Shown here in pieces: positions 12,726 through 25,809 of a stretch of 64,000 nucleotides of DNA; within the stretch, counting starts at the first letter, position 1; each line of letters starts with the position of its first letter. Below the pieces are notes generated by a model. That model ran no database searches. It was not told the origin of the DNA and saw only the letters and a program-made list of their open reading frames with translations. The translations under genes and the position numbers were made by a program. This DNA is from Octopus sinensis (lineage: Eukaryota), in NCBI RefSeq assembly GCF_006345805.1, contig NC_043003.1:15562001-15626000 (forward strand), written 5' to 3'.

Positions 12726-12859
12726 ATGTGTGTATGTGTGTGTGTGTGTACGTGTGTGTGTGTACACATAAATGTCTGTGCGTCTGTAGGTACACATGCA
12801 GCGTCGAAATGCGTGAGAGAATGCGAGGAGAAAGAATAATATTGAAATATTGTGTTGGG

Positions 12860-13474
12860 AAAAGGCGGCGAGCTGGCAGAAACGTTAGCGCGCCGGGAGA
12901 AAGGCTTACGGGTATTTCGTCTGCCGTTGCGTTCTGAGTTCAAATTCCACCGAGGTCGACTTTACCTTTCATCCTTTCGGGGTCGATTAAATACGTACCA
13001 GTTACGCACTGGGGTCGATGTAATCGACTTAATCCCTTTGTCTGTCCTTGTTTGTCTCCTCTGTGTTTAGCCCCTTGAGGGTAATAAAGAAATAGGTATT
13101 TCGTCTGCCGTTACATTGTGAGTTCAAATTCCGCCGAGGTCGCCTTTGCCTTTCATCCTTTCGGAGTCGATAAATAAAGCACCAGTCACACACTGAGGTC
13201 GATGTAATCGACTTAATCCGTTTGTCTGTCTTTATTTGTTCCCTCTATGTTTAGTCCTTTGTGAGCAGTAAAGAAATAAGAAACGTTACCACACCGAGCG
13301 AAATTCTTAGCGGTATTTCGTCTGTCTATGTTCTGAGTTCAAATTCCACCGAGATCGACTTTGCCTTTCATTGTTTCTGGGCCGATAAATTAAGTACCAG
13401 TTGCATACTGTGGTCGACGTCATCTACTGGCTCCCTCCCCAAATATTTCAGGCCTTGTGCATTGAGTAGAAAAG
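12860..13474 (+). mobile_element. SINE family A, multi-module, 14-bp TSD
   Basis: TSD aatattgtgttggg at 12846-59 and 13475-88. Confidence 0.9.
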
Positions 13475-13573
13475 AATATTGTGTTGGGGATGAAAAGCGA
13501 GAATAGAATACGACTTCAAGGAAAGAAAAGCCGATAGGCAAGAAATATGTAACGAATGTATATATAGGAATAT

Positions 13574-13780
13574 ATTCCTTTCTACTCTAGTGACAAGGCC
13601 CGACATTTTAGGGGAGGAGGCCAGTCGATTAGGTCGAACCCAGTACACAACTGATACTTAATTTATCGACCTCGATATGATGAAAGGCAAAGTCGACCTC
13701 GACGGAATTTGAACTCAACGTAAAGACAGACGAAATACTACTCAGCACTTCGCCCAGCGGGCTAACGTTTCTGTCAGCCT
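13574..13780 (-). mobile_element. SINE family A variant, 16-bp TSD
   Basis: gtatatataggaatat at 13558-73 and 13781-96. Confidence 0.8.
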
Positions 13781-13798
13781 GTATATATAGGAATATTG

Positions 13799-14214
13799 GA
13801 AGGCGGCGAGCTAGCAGAAACGTTAGCACGCCGGGCGAAATGCGTAGCCGTATTTCGTCTGCCGTTACGTTCTGAGTTCAAATTCCGCCGAGGTCGACTT
13901 TGCCTTTCATCCTTTCGGAGTCGATGAATTAGGTACCAGTTACGCACTGGAATCGATGTAATCGACTTAATCCGTTTGTCTGTCCTTGTTTGTCCCCTCT
14001 GTGTTTAGCCCCTTGTGAGTAGTAAAGAAATAGGTATTTCGTCTGTCGTTACGTTCTGAGTTCAAATTCTGCCGAGGTCGACTTTGCCTTTCATCCTTTC
14101 GGGGTCGATAAATAAAGTACCAGTTACGCACTGGGGTCGATGTAATCGACTTAATCCGTTTGTCTGTCCTTGTTTGTCCCCTCTGTGTTTAGCCTCTTGT
14201 GGGTAGTAAAGAAA
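13799..14214 (+). mobile_element. SINE family A, 17-bp TSD
   Basis: tatatataggaatattg at 13782-98 and 14215-31. Confidence 0.9.
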
Positions 14215-15210
14215 TATATATAGGAATATTGTTTGAATAATATTGACAAATCTTTAAAGCATACAGTAAGCTCTTAGTAGCGGTTTCAATCCTCATTTGA
14301 AAGCAATTCTTTCAGATATATTTTTAACGTAGGTGTAAAGGCCTCAGCAAATCCAATTACCCTTATCTCTGTAATAGCTCTCTAATCGGAAGAAACTAAT
14401 ATATTCAAAAGAATCCGGGCTCAATTTCATTTTTTCAGTGACAGTTCCTCACTTTGAAACATGGAATTCATAAAAGTAGAAAATATATATATAAACTGAA
14501 AGAAATATTAAGGCCACAAAAAAAAAATCTATCTTAACATTTGGATTTTGAATTACAATCAAAATAAAGTGGAAAATAATAAATAAAAACAGAAAAATTA
14601 AGCCAGAAAATGTATTCCAAAATGTTATCGCTCAAACCTAGTTTTATAAAAATACTTTCCAAAATTTCAATTTAATATTTTCCCCTTCCGTTTCAATCTC
14701 ATAACTCGATTTTAGCTTAAGAAATTATGACACTTTTAAAAACGTACGAATCCCTACAACATATATATATATTTGCTATATTTCTCTATCTTGTTAATAT
14801 TTTTATAAAAGTTGTTTTCTTTTCTTCCATATCAATAGCAAACAATCTGTGTAATATGTACAAAATTGTCGTAATGTTAAAGCTTCTAGAATACAGATTT
14901 ATAACTGTAACTGCTGATTTAAATATTTTTATGAAAGGAAAAAAATATATCAAAACATTGGCAAGAACGAAGAAATAAATTAAGAAAGATAAAGTTTTCA
15001 AATGAATTTTTTTATTGAAGGTTTGAGAAATTATTCGTTCAGCAATAACAACGATGCTAAAGAGAGAATGTATATATTTGTATAATCCATGTATGCAATA
15101 ATAAGAACGTCATTGTGTATATATATATATATATATAATATATATATATTTATACATATATATATATATATATTTATACATATATATATATATAAACATT
15201 TATATGTATG

Positions 15211-15250
<40 letters not shown>

Positions 15251-16129
15251 GTATGTATATATAAATATTTATATGTAATATGTATATATAAACATATATA
15301 TGTATAATATATATATATAAATATATATAAATATAAACATATGTTCACATGTATGTGTGATATATATATATGTACATATATATACATACATACATCTCAA
15401 CTAAAGAGTGCACTGGTATCATCTTGTATGGGAAGAAATAAACTGGCTCCGTTGATTAATTCTGAAAGTGAATAAAAAAATATATTAATACTACATTTTT
15501 ACGTTCCACACACACCACACACACACACACAATACATATCCTTCAATATTATACAATAATATTTTGTTTATTTCATCATCAGGACAAGAAAATCACAATA
15601 AATTTTCTTAATACTTAGAGACAATACTATAAATATCGGATCACACACACACACCCACACAGATTTTCCCATAAATTCAAGCATTACTCTCAGCGTAGGC
15701 ATGGCTGTGCCTTTAAGAAAATCGTTTTGCAATCACGTTGTTTCGGGTTCAATCCCAGTGTATGCCACCTAGGACAACGTCTTTCGCTATAGTCCGGCCC
15801 ATCCAATGCTTTGTGGATGAATTTGACAGACGGAAACCGCGTGGAATTCCTTCATTTATCATATCAGCAGGAATATGTGTCTTTGTGTTTGTATTCTACC
15901 AGTTGACAACCTCTGTTGGTTTATTTACGTCCCCGTAACATAACAATCCTACGAAAGACACTCGTAAAATAAGTACTAGAATTTAAAATTTTGAAGTATT
16001 ACTGTGCTTGATTTGTTGAACTAAACCTTTCAAAAGGTGGTATCTCAACATGGTCGCAGTCCAATGACTGAAATGATCCGTCCTGCAATAAGCACAGGGT
16101 CTGAAATTGTTCGGGGAAGGAGCAAGTTG

Positions 16130-17103
16130 ATTACATTAACCCCCAGATGCTCAACTGCTTCTTATTTTAACGACTGAATCCGAAAGGATGACATTCTAGT
16201 TGACTAAAAATGTTCACTTAGACCAGAAAAACGGACGAAATGACGCTAAACATTTTATACGGCGTGCTAACGATTTTGCCAGTTTGCGATCTTTCAATGA
16301 CTGAAAAAAAGGTTTCTAATTTTGGCACAAGGCCATCAATTTTGTGGGATGGGTGAAGTAAAATACATGGATTTTGAAGGATGGGTGAAGTAAATTACTG
16401 GTACTTATTTTATCGATCTCGAAAGGATAAAAGGCAAAGTCGACCTTGGCGCAATTTGAATTCAGATGTGAAGACGGAAAAAATGCTGCTAAGCAATTTG
16501 TCAAGCGTGGTAACAATTCTTTTTTCTTTATTGCCCACAAGAAGCTAAACATAGAGGGGACAAACAAGGACAGACAAGGGATTACCTAGATTAAATTGAC
16601 CCCAGTTCGTAACTGGTACTTAATTTATCAACCCCGAAAGGATGAAAGACAAAGTCGACATCGGCAGAATTTGAACTCAGAACGTAACAGCAGACAAAAT
16701 ACCACATGGGGCTAAACATAGAGGAGACAAACAAGGATAGACAAACGAATTAAGTCGATTATATCGACCCCAGTGTGTAACTGGTACTTATTTAATCGAC
16801 CCCGAAAAGATGAAAGGCAAAGTCGACCTCGGCTGAATTTGAACTCAGAACGTAGCGGCAGACGAAATACCTATTTCTTTACTACCCACAAGGGGCTAAA
16901 CACAGAGAGGACAAACAAGGACAGACAAACGGATTAAATCGATTATATCGACCCCAGTGTGTAACTGGTACTTATTTAATCGACCTCGAAAGGACGAAAG
17001 GCAAAGTCGACCGCGGCGGAATTTGAACTCAGAACGTAGCGGGAGACGAAATACAGCTACGCATTTCGCCCGGCGTGCTAACGATTCTGCCAGCTCGCCG
17101 CCT
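16130..17103 (-). mobile_element. Cluster of SINE family A copies and modules
   Basis: Repeated body modules, with a head at about 17050-17103. Confidence 0.85.
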
Positions 17104-17589
17104 TCTAGTGATTGAAATAATAAAAGATAAGAAATGTAACGCTAATAAAATATTGTCATTTTGTTGCTACATCACAGCTCTGAAGCTTAAATCCCTGTAT
17201 TTTTAATATTTTTCGTATTTATAATCTACAGTATTTTTACACGAGGTCCACTTGCACAAATATCGTTTATGGCTGGGATAAAGGGATTAAGATTCTTTGG
17301 TAGTGTTGCCCTTTAAGCATTCGGTTCTTCGTATTTTATGAAGCCAATAAATCTTGAGAAGCATTTTCTGAATTTCCAGGTACTACTTACATTCGGTTGT
17401 ATCTTTATTCTTCAACCTTTTCTTTGTTAATCCCTAAATCTATTCCCATAGATAAGGATTACTTGGCTGACAGTTAATGTATTTAGCCTTGAATAACCAA
17501 ATCTTTGTCTAGAAGTGTTGTCTATAAAAATATTAGATTTGTATTCATCTGTCTTAAACTCCTGACAATCTATATAAAGCTTTTTATAT

Positions 17590-18415
17590 TCTTTACTACT
17601 CTAGGTACACGGCTCGAAATTTTGGGGGAGGGTGCCAGTCGATTAGATCGACGCCAGTACGCAACTGGTATTAAATTTATCAACCCCGAAAAGATGAAAG
17701 GCAAAAATCGACCTCGGCGGAATTTGAACTGAGAGCGTAAAGACAGACGAAATACCTATTTCTTTACTATGGTTCTGATATTTCGAAATATATAATGTCT
17801 CAAAGGCTTTTGGGTCAGCTTACCTATATGGCATCCCTAAACAATACAAATGCACATCAGGTATTTCATTCTAGTTCTTTGCAAACATGAATTCAATTAT
17901 CTCCTGGTTTACATGAAGATTTGTAGAAATCTGACGGACTTCATTTACTAGGGCAATAAAAGACAGTCAGCTATCACAGAGGGTTGCATTGGCTGCAATC
18001 AATATCAAGAGTTATAGTTCAGCAAGCTGGCAGAAACGTTAGCACGCCGGGCGAAATACTTAGCGGTATCTCGTCTGCCGTTACGTTCCGAGTTCAAATT
18101 CCACCGAGGTAGACTTTGCCTTTCATCCTTTCAGGGTTGATTAAATAAGTACCAGTTATGCACTGGGGTCGATGTAATCGACTTAATCCGTTTGTCCTCT
18201 CTGTGTTTAGCCCCTTGAGGGTAGTAAAGAAATAGATATGTCGTCTGCCGCTGCGTTCTGAGTTCAAATTCTGCCGAGGTCGACTTTGCATTTCATCGTT
18301 TCGAGGTCGATTAAATAAGTACCATTTAAACAGTAAGGTCGATGTAATCGATTTACCCGACTCCCACGAACCTACTGGCCTTGTGCCAAAATTTGAAACT
18401 AATATCAAGTGTTAC
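17590..18415. mobile_element. SINE family A copies in opposite orientation (17590-17770 minus; 18021-18415 plus)
   Basis: Consensus matches. Confidence 0.8.
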
Positions 18416-19037
18416 TAAATTTGCTTATATTCCAGGTTCAAAAGGTTGTTTCAGAAATAAACAGCTACATATCATCAAAAGTAAGAAAACAGCAGAGTAA
18501 GAAGAAATCGAGTAGAAATGAGAACCGCCTTTGGCCCGAAACCGTATTGCCGATTGTTATCATATTCAATGAATGTCTAATTTTAATTGATTTTGCTTCC
18601 AAATATTGCTCACATTTTCTGTCCAAATATCACACACCGAAGAAATTGTATTTCAAAATGAAGTCTAGTGTCCAAGAAAGCATTGGGAATTAACGGGGCC
18701 TAGTTCTGATTAGTATAATCTCTTTATTACCCACAAGGGGCCAACACAGAAGGCACAATACATTTGATTTTGGGGTCAGATACATCGAATGGGGAAATAA
18801 AAATGTGACTTTAAAAATTTAATACAATAAAATATAAAAACGAATGATGGAACAGACCGGAAGACATTACGGATGGAGTGGAAGGCGGGTTCTGTTCGGA
18901 CCCCACGAGCCCCACCTCGCCACTGATACCTCTTTGCATTCTCTGAAGGATGAAAAGCGAGAATAGAATACCATATCAAGGAAAGAAAAGTCGATAGACA
19001 AGAAATATGTAACCAACGTATATATAGGAATATATAC

Positions 19038-19128
<91 letters not shown>

Positions 19129-19311
19129 TCCAGAATTTTCGTAGCTTGTATGTCAATGGCTGCCACACACGATCACATATCGCGGAAAGTTACAGCTGCA
19201 GACTGATTAACCACGTGCGTTCATATTGTGCCATGAAGATGACTTCTAGCCAGAGGCTGTCATTATCATAGATTTTCTTGACAGCGATCCTTGTGTTTCA
19301 CGTACAATTTG

Positions 19312-20034
19312 GGCTGTTTCCAAACATAAAAACCATACACCATATCTCTACCAATAAAAATAGATTTCACATCTTTAACAAGGCTCTTTCCAAACATATA
19401 AAAACCATACACCATATCTCTACCAATAAAAATAGATTTCACATCTTTAACAAGGCTGTTTCCAAACATATAAAACCATATACCATATCTCTACCAATAA
19501 AAATAGATTTCACATCTTTAACAAGGCTCTTTCCAAACATATAAAACCATATACCATATCTCTACCAATAAAAATAGATTTCACATCTCTAACAAGGCTG
19601 TTGCCAACATATAAAACCATTACCATATCTCTACCAATAAAAATAGATTTCACATCTCTTAAACAAAGGCTCTTTCCAAAAACATAAAAACCATATACCA
19701 TTCTCCTCCAATAAAAAATAGATTTCACCTCTCTAACAAGGCTGTTTCCAAAGATATAAAACCATACACCATATCTCTATCAATAAAAATAGATTTCACA
19801 TCTTTAACAAGGCTCTTTCCAAACATATAAAACCATACACCATATCTCTACCAATAAATATAGATTTCACATCTCTAACAAGGCTGTTTCCAAAGATATA
19901 AAACCATATACCATATCTCTATCAATAAAAATAGATTTCACATCTCTAACAAGGCTGTTTCCAAACATATAAAACCATACACCCTATCTCTATCAATAAA
20001 AATAGATTTCACATCTCTAACAAGGCTGTTTCCA
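19312..20034. repeat. 71-72 bp minisatellite, about 10 copies
   Basis: Unit ggct(g/c)tttccaaacatataaaaccata(c/t)accatatctctaccaataaaaatagatttcacatct(t/c)taacaa. Confidence 0.97.
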
Positions 20035-20203
20035 ACTCTGTTTTGAATGTAACAAGAAAAGTAACCGCAATTTTAGCAAAACACAAACACATTGACATCC
20101 TCTTCTCGTGCACCTAAGTGATAGATTAAAGTAGGTTGACTCCTTTTAGAAACAAATGCTGCCAAGCTTTAGTTCTTTCAGCAAAATGCGCCATATATAG
20201 GCT

Positions 20204-20209
20204 TTTATT
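20204..20209 (-). terminator. Candidate polyadenylation signal of the neuropeptide gene
   Basis: AATAAA on the minus strand about 800 nt after the stop codon. It is the nearest one I noticed; no transcript evidence. Confidence 0.3.
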
Positions 20210-20676
20210 TCTTTCATTCGAAAGAACTGTGAATGATGGCGTCTTGTTAAATGCTCACCATAATCTCTCTTAACACAATCCATACATGTAGACTGCCGCT
20301 GTTGTTCTTGCTGTTGTTGTCAAAAACGTTATCTGTCATACAATTTTTGTAATCTCAATATGTCATTATTTTTTTAAAAATTATATTAGCTTTTTTACGT
20401 AGTTTAAATGAATTCTTTTAGTGGCGGATTATGAACATCAAGAAGCCATTTTTGACTTCCAAAAAGTCGGTGAAATAAGATGGGGAATACTTTTTAAAAC
20501 TGACTGACTGTTATCGGATCTCGTTACGGAGTAGACAGTTTAAAGTATTAAAAAAATCATATCGAAAATGAAAGTTAATTACTTAATTTACCCTTCAAAA
20601 GTATTAAAAATTTTTGGAGCATAATTTTTACATGTCTGAACGAGTAACCAGATAATAATAATAATAATAATAATAA

Positions 20677-20775
20677 ACATCATGCCTCCTCATTGATATG
20701 ACTGTCCCAATCGATATAAAGGTTTCTGTCAAGACCGACCAAAAACTGAGCAAATATAAAGATCTCGAAATAGAG
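20677..20775 (+). mobile_element. Fragment of an RLE-type LINE (R2/R4/NeSL-like) endonuclease
   Basis: Encodes SCLLIDMTVPIDIKVSVKTDQKLSKYKDLEIE; preceded by (AAT)n. Confidence 0.6.
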
Positions 20776-21006
20776 TATTTAGTTATGAACTTGAACTCAG
20801 GTCTCGTTCATGATTTTCATCTCTCTCTAATTGCTAAAATATTTACATAATACACAGACCCATAAATGTGCTGTATTGTGCAAATCTAACATAAGAAAAC
20901 GCAAATTTCTTCAAAGACACAATGTGGTACAAAAATCTACTTACCAACTATATATATATTTATATATGTATATATATATATATATATATATTTGTAATCA
21001 TTCTTC

Positions 21007-21693
21007 TTACAAAATCTTTCCAGTACTTCTTTTTTGCAGTTGGTTGTTTTCATACAAAGCGGAATCGTCAGATGGACTTTCTCTTTTGCCCCAAGCCTGA
21101 AGGGAATCCCAATTTCTGGACCTGATTTTATGTTGAACGGCGCTTCGTTTTCCCCATCCACTCATTTCATCCCAGCCGTTACCACGTTTGTCCCCGTCAG
21201 CGCTGCTTATCTTTTTCCAAGTACCATCACTTAATTTCACCATATGATCTCTTTTAACATTTTTGCCATATGCTGCCTCATTTCCATTTGCGTTTCTTTT
21301 CCCCCAAGCTTGTAAACTATCCCATCTTTTCTTCAATTCCGCGCCGTCCAATAATGACGACAATTTTAAATTATGGCTATTTAAAGCCCGTCTAAGACTG
21401 TTTCCGAATTCGTTATCGATAGCGCTATTGTCAAATGCGCTTCGTTTGCCCCAACTACTGAGTTCATCCCAGTTTCTTTTCATACTTAGGCGATCTTCCC
21501 AATTTCTCTGATCTCCGATTTTCTCATCCCAAGCTTCAGGATCCGATTCCAGAAATTTTGCAGGCAACATACTACGAGCTACTTTGATAGCAGACTGTTT
21601 GTTTGATAGTTCATTTAATTCAGCAGAAAGAGTAGAGAATTTCGTGAGCGCTAAAACAGTTACGAGTAGCAAAAAGTTTAGGAAGGTCGCCAT
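21007..21693 (-). CDS. Wamide (allatostatin-B / myoinhibitory peptide / WWamide family) neuropeptide precursor, 228 aa, single coding exon
   Basis: ATG at 21693 follows a T-tract + tgcag acceptor (AG at 21707-21706). The N-terminus MATFLNFLLLVTVLALTKFSTLSA is signal-peptide-like. Basic-site-flanked, Gly-extended peptides: NWDELSSW-GKR, WDSLQAW-GKR, GNGWDEMSGW-GKR, NWDSLQAW-GKR. TAA at 21009-21007. Confidence 0.95.
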   Translation of the reverse strand: MATFLNFLLLVTVLALTKFSTLSAELNELSNKQSAIKVARSMLPAKFLESDPEAWDEKIGDQRNWEDRLSMKRNWDELSSWGKRSAFDNSAIDNEFGNSLRRALNSHNLKLSSLLDGAELKKRWDSLQAWGKRNANGNEAAYGKNVKRDHMVKLSDGTWKKISSADGDKRGNGWDEMSGWGKRSAVQHKIRSRNWDSLQAWGKRESPSDDSALYENNQLQKRSTGKIL

Positions 21694-21704
21694 CTTGAAA
21701 TATT

Positions 21705-21730
21705 CCTGCAAAAAAAAAAAAAAAAAAAGA
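21705..21730 (-). promoter_or_regulatory. 3' splice acceptor (poly-U tract + CAG) 12 nt upstream of the neuropeptide ATG
   Basis: Minus strand reads ctc(t)n gcag|gaatatttcaagATG. This implies an upstream non-coding exon that was not located. Confidence 0.85.
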
Positions 21731-22096
21731 GATGACAATATAAAAAAAACAATTTGTAAATTTTAAATGCAAATATGAATAATTAAGTCAACATCGCATT
21801 GAAAAAATATAAAACGATTTTTATTATTATAATTTTTTTATTATGTATAATTCATTTAAAATACTTGCTGAATCAGTAATTAATGTGTTACGACATTATT
21901 CTGTGCGCCTATGTTAATCTCATTAATTATGATACTGAATTAAAAGAAAAAAACAGCACAAAAATATCATTTAGAAAGAAAAAAATAGTGAAAATAAAGA
22001 ATTAATTATATAACGACTCATTGGATAGTTGCAACAATAATTCAATTAGGAAGAACACACGTGTGTATTTGTGAGTGTATATATGTGTATATATAT

Positions 22097-22134
<38 letters not shown>

Positions 22135-22317
22135 TATGTATATGTGTGTGTGTGTGTGTGTGTGGTGTGTGTGTGTGTGTATACATGTATCTGAATGTGC
22201 GTGTATATTTGTACGTATATGTATATGCGCATAAATATATCTGTATGTGTGTATATATGTATGTATGTATATATGTGTATGTGTATAAATATATATATAA
22301 TATACATGTATATGTAC

Positions 22318-22357
<40 letters not shown>

Positions 22358-22406
22358 TATACATATATATAATATACATATATATAATATACATGTATAT
22401 GTACGT

Positions 22407-22458
<52 letters not shown>

Positions 22459-23189
22459 TACACACACATATGCACATAGATACACACACATACACATATA
22501 CACACACATACACATATACACACACAAATATAAGTTATTTGAACATTATGATTGACGGAACGAATTCGACGCGGTTATTGTTATTGTCTTTGTATGGTAT
22601 CTACCTTACATGGGTATTATAGCCATTCTTTGAACTCAATTACTGTATGCAAGAAATCAAACTAAACTGAGTCAAACCGCTTGACAATGACAAATACTTA
22701 ACAACTACATTTAAAAACAATTCGCAGAAATCGATGTGAAATATCAGTGTATCTCGTTATGTATTTAAGATCAGCAGTATAAAGTGGGATTCCATCACAT
22801 TAAAAGCTAGCAACTTGATTGTAATAGAATTGCATAAAGGAAGCGTGTTTAAGATTTGTAGTGACGTGTTTAGAATTCACTCTCGGTTTACACTATTGAA
22901 AGACGTATATGAGTTAGAATATCTACAATAAGCCACACTTCAAGGACAAACTCACCACATACATACACGCACATATACGGGATAATACAACTCTTTCCAA
23001 AAGGATCTCTCCAGGACTATTTTCAGGACCAAAAAATCCTTGCATTTGAACGTATTTCTGACTAGACCGAGTACTTGTATACTCTCCCGATGAATATGTA
23101 CATCAGCTTCATAACTAAAGAATTAAGTAGGGATTAAAAGCATGCGAAGCCGAACGTTCTCAAAGATATCAAATGATTAACAATATAAG

Positions 23190-24600
23190 TTGATTGGAGA
23201 CCCTGGATTACACAATCGAACTAAACCATACAACTTTTGATGCTCCCCATCTCACCCTGAAAGACCATAAGCTAAATTTTTGTTATAAACCTTCCATTAG
23301 ACTTATTTACTTCACAAAATCTGATATCGAACTCATAAGTAAATGCATTAGAAACCGGATTATCCCCGTAGTAAAAATTGAGGTTAAACTTTCCCCTGGG
23401 AATAATACATCATCAACTGGTCTCACACTCCCTCTAACAAATCGAATACTTCCTCACATTCGATATTTCTGATTATTACGCCTCCATATCCCGTCTTCTA
23501 GTAAATAAGGCCTTAATTTTCGCTAGGAAATTCGCACCCTTTCTCGGTTGGGCATAGAAATTGTCTTAACGGCCCGAAATAACACTCGTCTTTTCAACAA
23601 CAAATACTGGTCTCGAAATTCCACCATCAGCTACTCTGATATGACCATGGACTCCTGCGACCCTGCACCGATTTCCGACCTACTATCATAAATTAATAAG
23701 TACTTCCCCGACCCCTCTGGAAGTCTATGAAGAGATGTCGCACTTCTTACAACCATGAGGTCGTCGAAGCCGTCCATTGAGTGTATCTGGAAAGCAATCC
23801 ACATGTTCTTCAAAAACTATAATCTCTTTATATTCATTGAAAATGACACCAAAGTAGTTTACTTCTTGGACATTAATTTCGATTTAGAATCTAACCTCTA
23901 CTGTCCTTACCATAATCCCAGCCAATCGTTACAACACATCAACATCCATTGCAATCATTCTAAATATGTTTTAAACAGCATAGTTAAATGAATTTCCATT
24001 AGGATTTCTAACTTATCCACCAATGACAACAACTTTGATAATCATGCTACTGACGATAACCAGGCCTTCGGCAATGGCAGTTTCCCCGAGAAGCTCTCCT
24101 ATAGCCCCAATACTAAATTACAAGCCAAACTTAAACTTTTAACTCCTTGCAGCAAGAAAGAACCCTTGAAAATTACCCCGACCTTTCGTCCCGCTAGCAC
24201 TTTTCAGTACACTTCTTCGGTGACCGACATTTTATTTACTATGCTCATCCGTAAGCTGGCCAACCCTCGAGCGAAATACATTTCGGTGGCCTCCGGCTAA
24301 CCAACACAATCTCATGCCCTCTAGAGGTAGAAAACCTTAACGTTATATATATTTTCCCTTCAAGTTAATTCTATACCTAAACTCGTCTTCATGTTGTCGG
24401 GAGTAATTTCGCTATACTACGCCAAAACGAGACCTCTTCACTCAATCAATTCTATGGCATAATCTTTACTTGACGATATGACATAAAATTCATTCTTTCC
24501 CTCACCGATATCGTGCACATTTTCATACGAATATAGTTATTACGTAGTTATGGCTATCTTGAAATAAGTGTCGAGATAAAAATTTACTTAATTCTCTTTG
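23190..24600 (+). mobile_element. Penelope-like element RT relic
   Basis: Degenerate DMTMDS (xTMGS), L*RDV (YRDD), VYFLDINFDL, YCPYHNP, NHSKYVL..I..RISNLS motifs, and a terminal NKCRDKN resembling the PLE C-terminal KCRHxN motif. Confidence 0.8.
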
Positions 24601-24718
24601 TATTCTATAATCTGTTTTATGCACTTCGTGTACATATATTTCTCAAATTACCTCTTTATCTACTTTACTACTTCTCTCTGTTTCTTTCTCTCACTATATA
24701 TATATATATATATATATA

Positions 24719-25809
24719 TCTCGACCAACATGTGTCCCCGCTACCGAAACGGTAATTATTTCTACGCCAGCTGCTATGTTGTTGTTGTTGTTTTGTCTCA
24801 TTTGGTCTAAAGTCGTATGACAACCATCGTTATATGTTTTGTTTTTTCATTACTGTTTTCAATTTCGTTTTCGTCTCTTGTATTCACATCCGTCTTGTGC
24901 GTTCACATTCCTGTCTTCTACAAGAAATCTAATGCTTACAGCTTAGTTTTTTTTCTTGGGGCTGGCCGAGTTGGAGCAAATATCAGAATTGAACAGCCGA
25001 AATTTGCTATGATGATTCGGTGTCTGACTGAAGATTGAAGGCTTCGAATGATTTGTCTGTGTTCCGTGTTCGTCCCTTCCTGTATTTCACGTTCATTATA
25101 TATAAAAACATTCATTCTTATATTATTGCGGCGTTACGTGCACACCCCCCCGTTTGTTGTCCAATTTTAAACCCTGCACGACTTCTATACACACTGTCTT
25201 TTACTACCCGCCATTGCTTCTTCACCAAACTTTTTGGCGCCCTCCGATTCTTCCCCTCTCTTCCTCCCATCCTCCTTAATCCCTTCTTTCTCCTCTCTTG
25301 GTCACTGATTCTGTCCCCTGCCTTCCACCCTCTTTGATTCCCTCTCTCTCTGTCTCTCTTTCTCTCTCTCCTGCGACCTGCTGCTTCTTCAACCATTCTG
25401 TTGGCCTTCGTATCTCGACCAACATGTGTCCCCGCTACCGAAACGGTAATTATTTCTACGCCAGCTGCTATGTTGTTGTTGTTGTTTTGTCTCATTTGGT
25501 CTAAAGTCGTATGACAACCATCGTTATATATGTTTTGTTTTTTCATTACTGTTTTCAATTCGTTTCGTCTCTTGTATTCACATCCGTCTTGTGCGTTCAC
25601 ATTCCTGTCTTCTACCAAGAAATCTAATGCTTACAGCTTAGTTTTTTTTCTTGGGGCTGGCCGAGTTGGAGCAAATATCAGAATGAACAGCCGAAATTTG
25701 CTATGATGATTCGGTGTCTGACTGAAGATTGAAGGCTTCGAATGATTTGTCTGTGTTCCGTGTTCGTCCCTTCCTGTATTTCACGTCATTATATATAAAA
25801 ACATTCATT

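Noticed and set aside
17250-18000. Faint RLE-LINE C-terminal similarity on the minus strand
   Set aside because: Too decayed to support without an alignment.
19312-20034. Regular repeat array as a CRISPR
   Set aside because: There are no unique spacers; it is a head-to-tail tandem repeat in a eukaryotic context.
21694-21738. First 15 codons of the listed 243-aa ORF
   Set aside because: They are the intronic poly-T tract, the acceptor and the 5' UTR; the true start is the ATG at 21693.
23085-23160. Possible hammerhead relic upstream of the Penelope RT
   Set aside because: Core and helices are too degenerate to call.
25118-25618. 166-aa minus-strand ORF
   Set aside because: Antisense of a pyrimidine-rich repeat spacer; low-complexity R/E/G content.
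25650-25755. HDV-like ribozyme fold (GGGGCUG start, CGAAU motif)
   Set aside because: The helix order does not match P1-P2-P3-P1.1-P4, and no P2 partner is conserved in the 11-kb copy.
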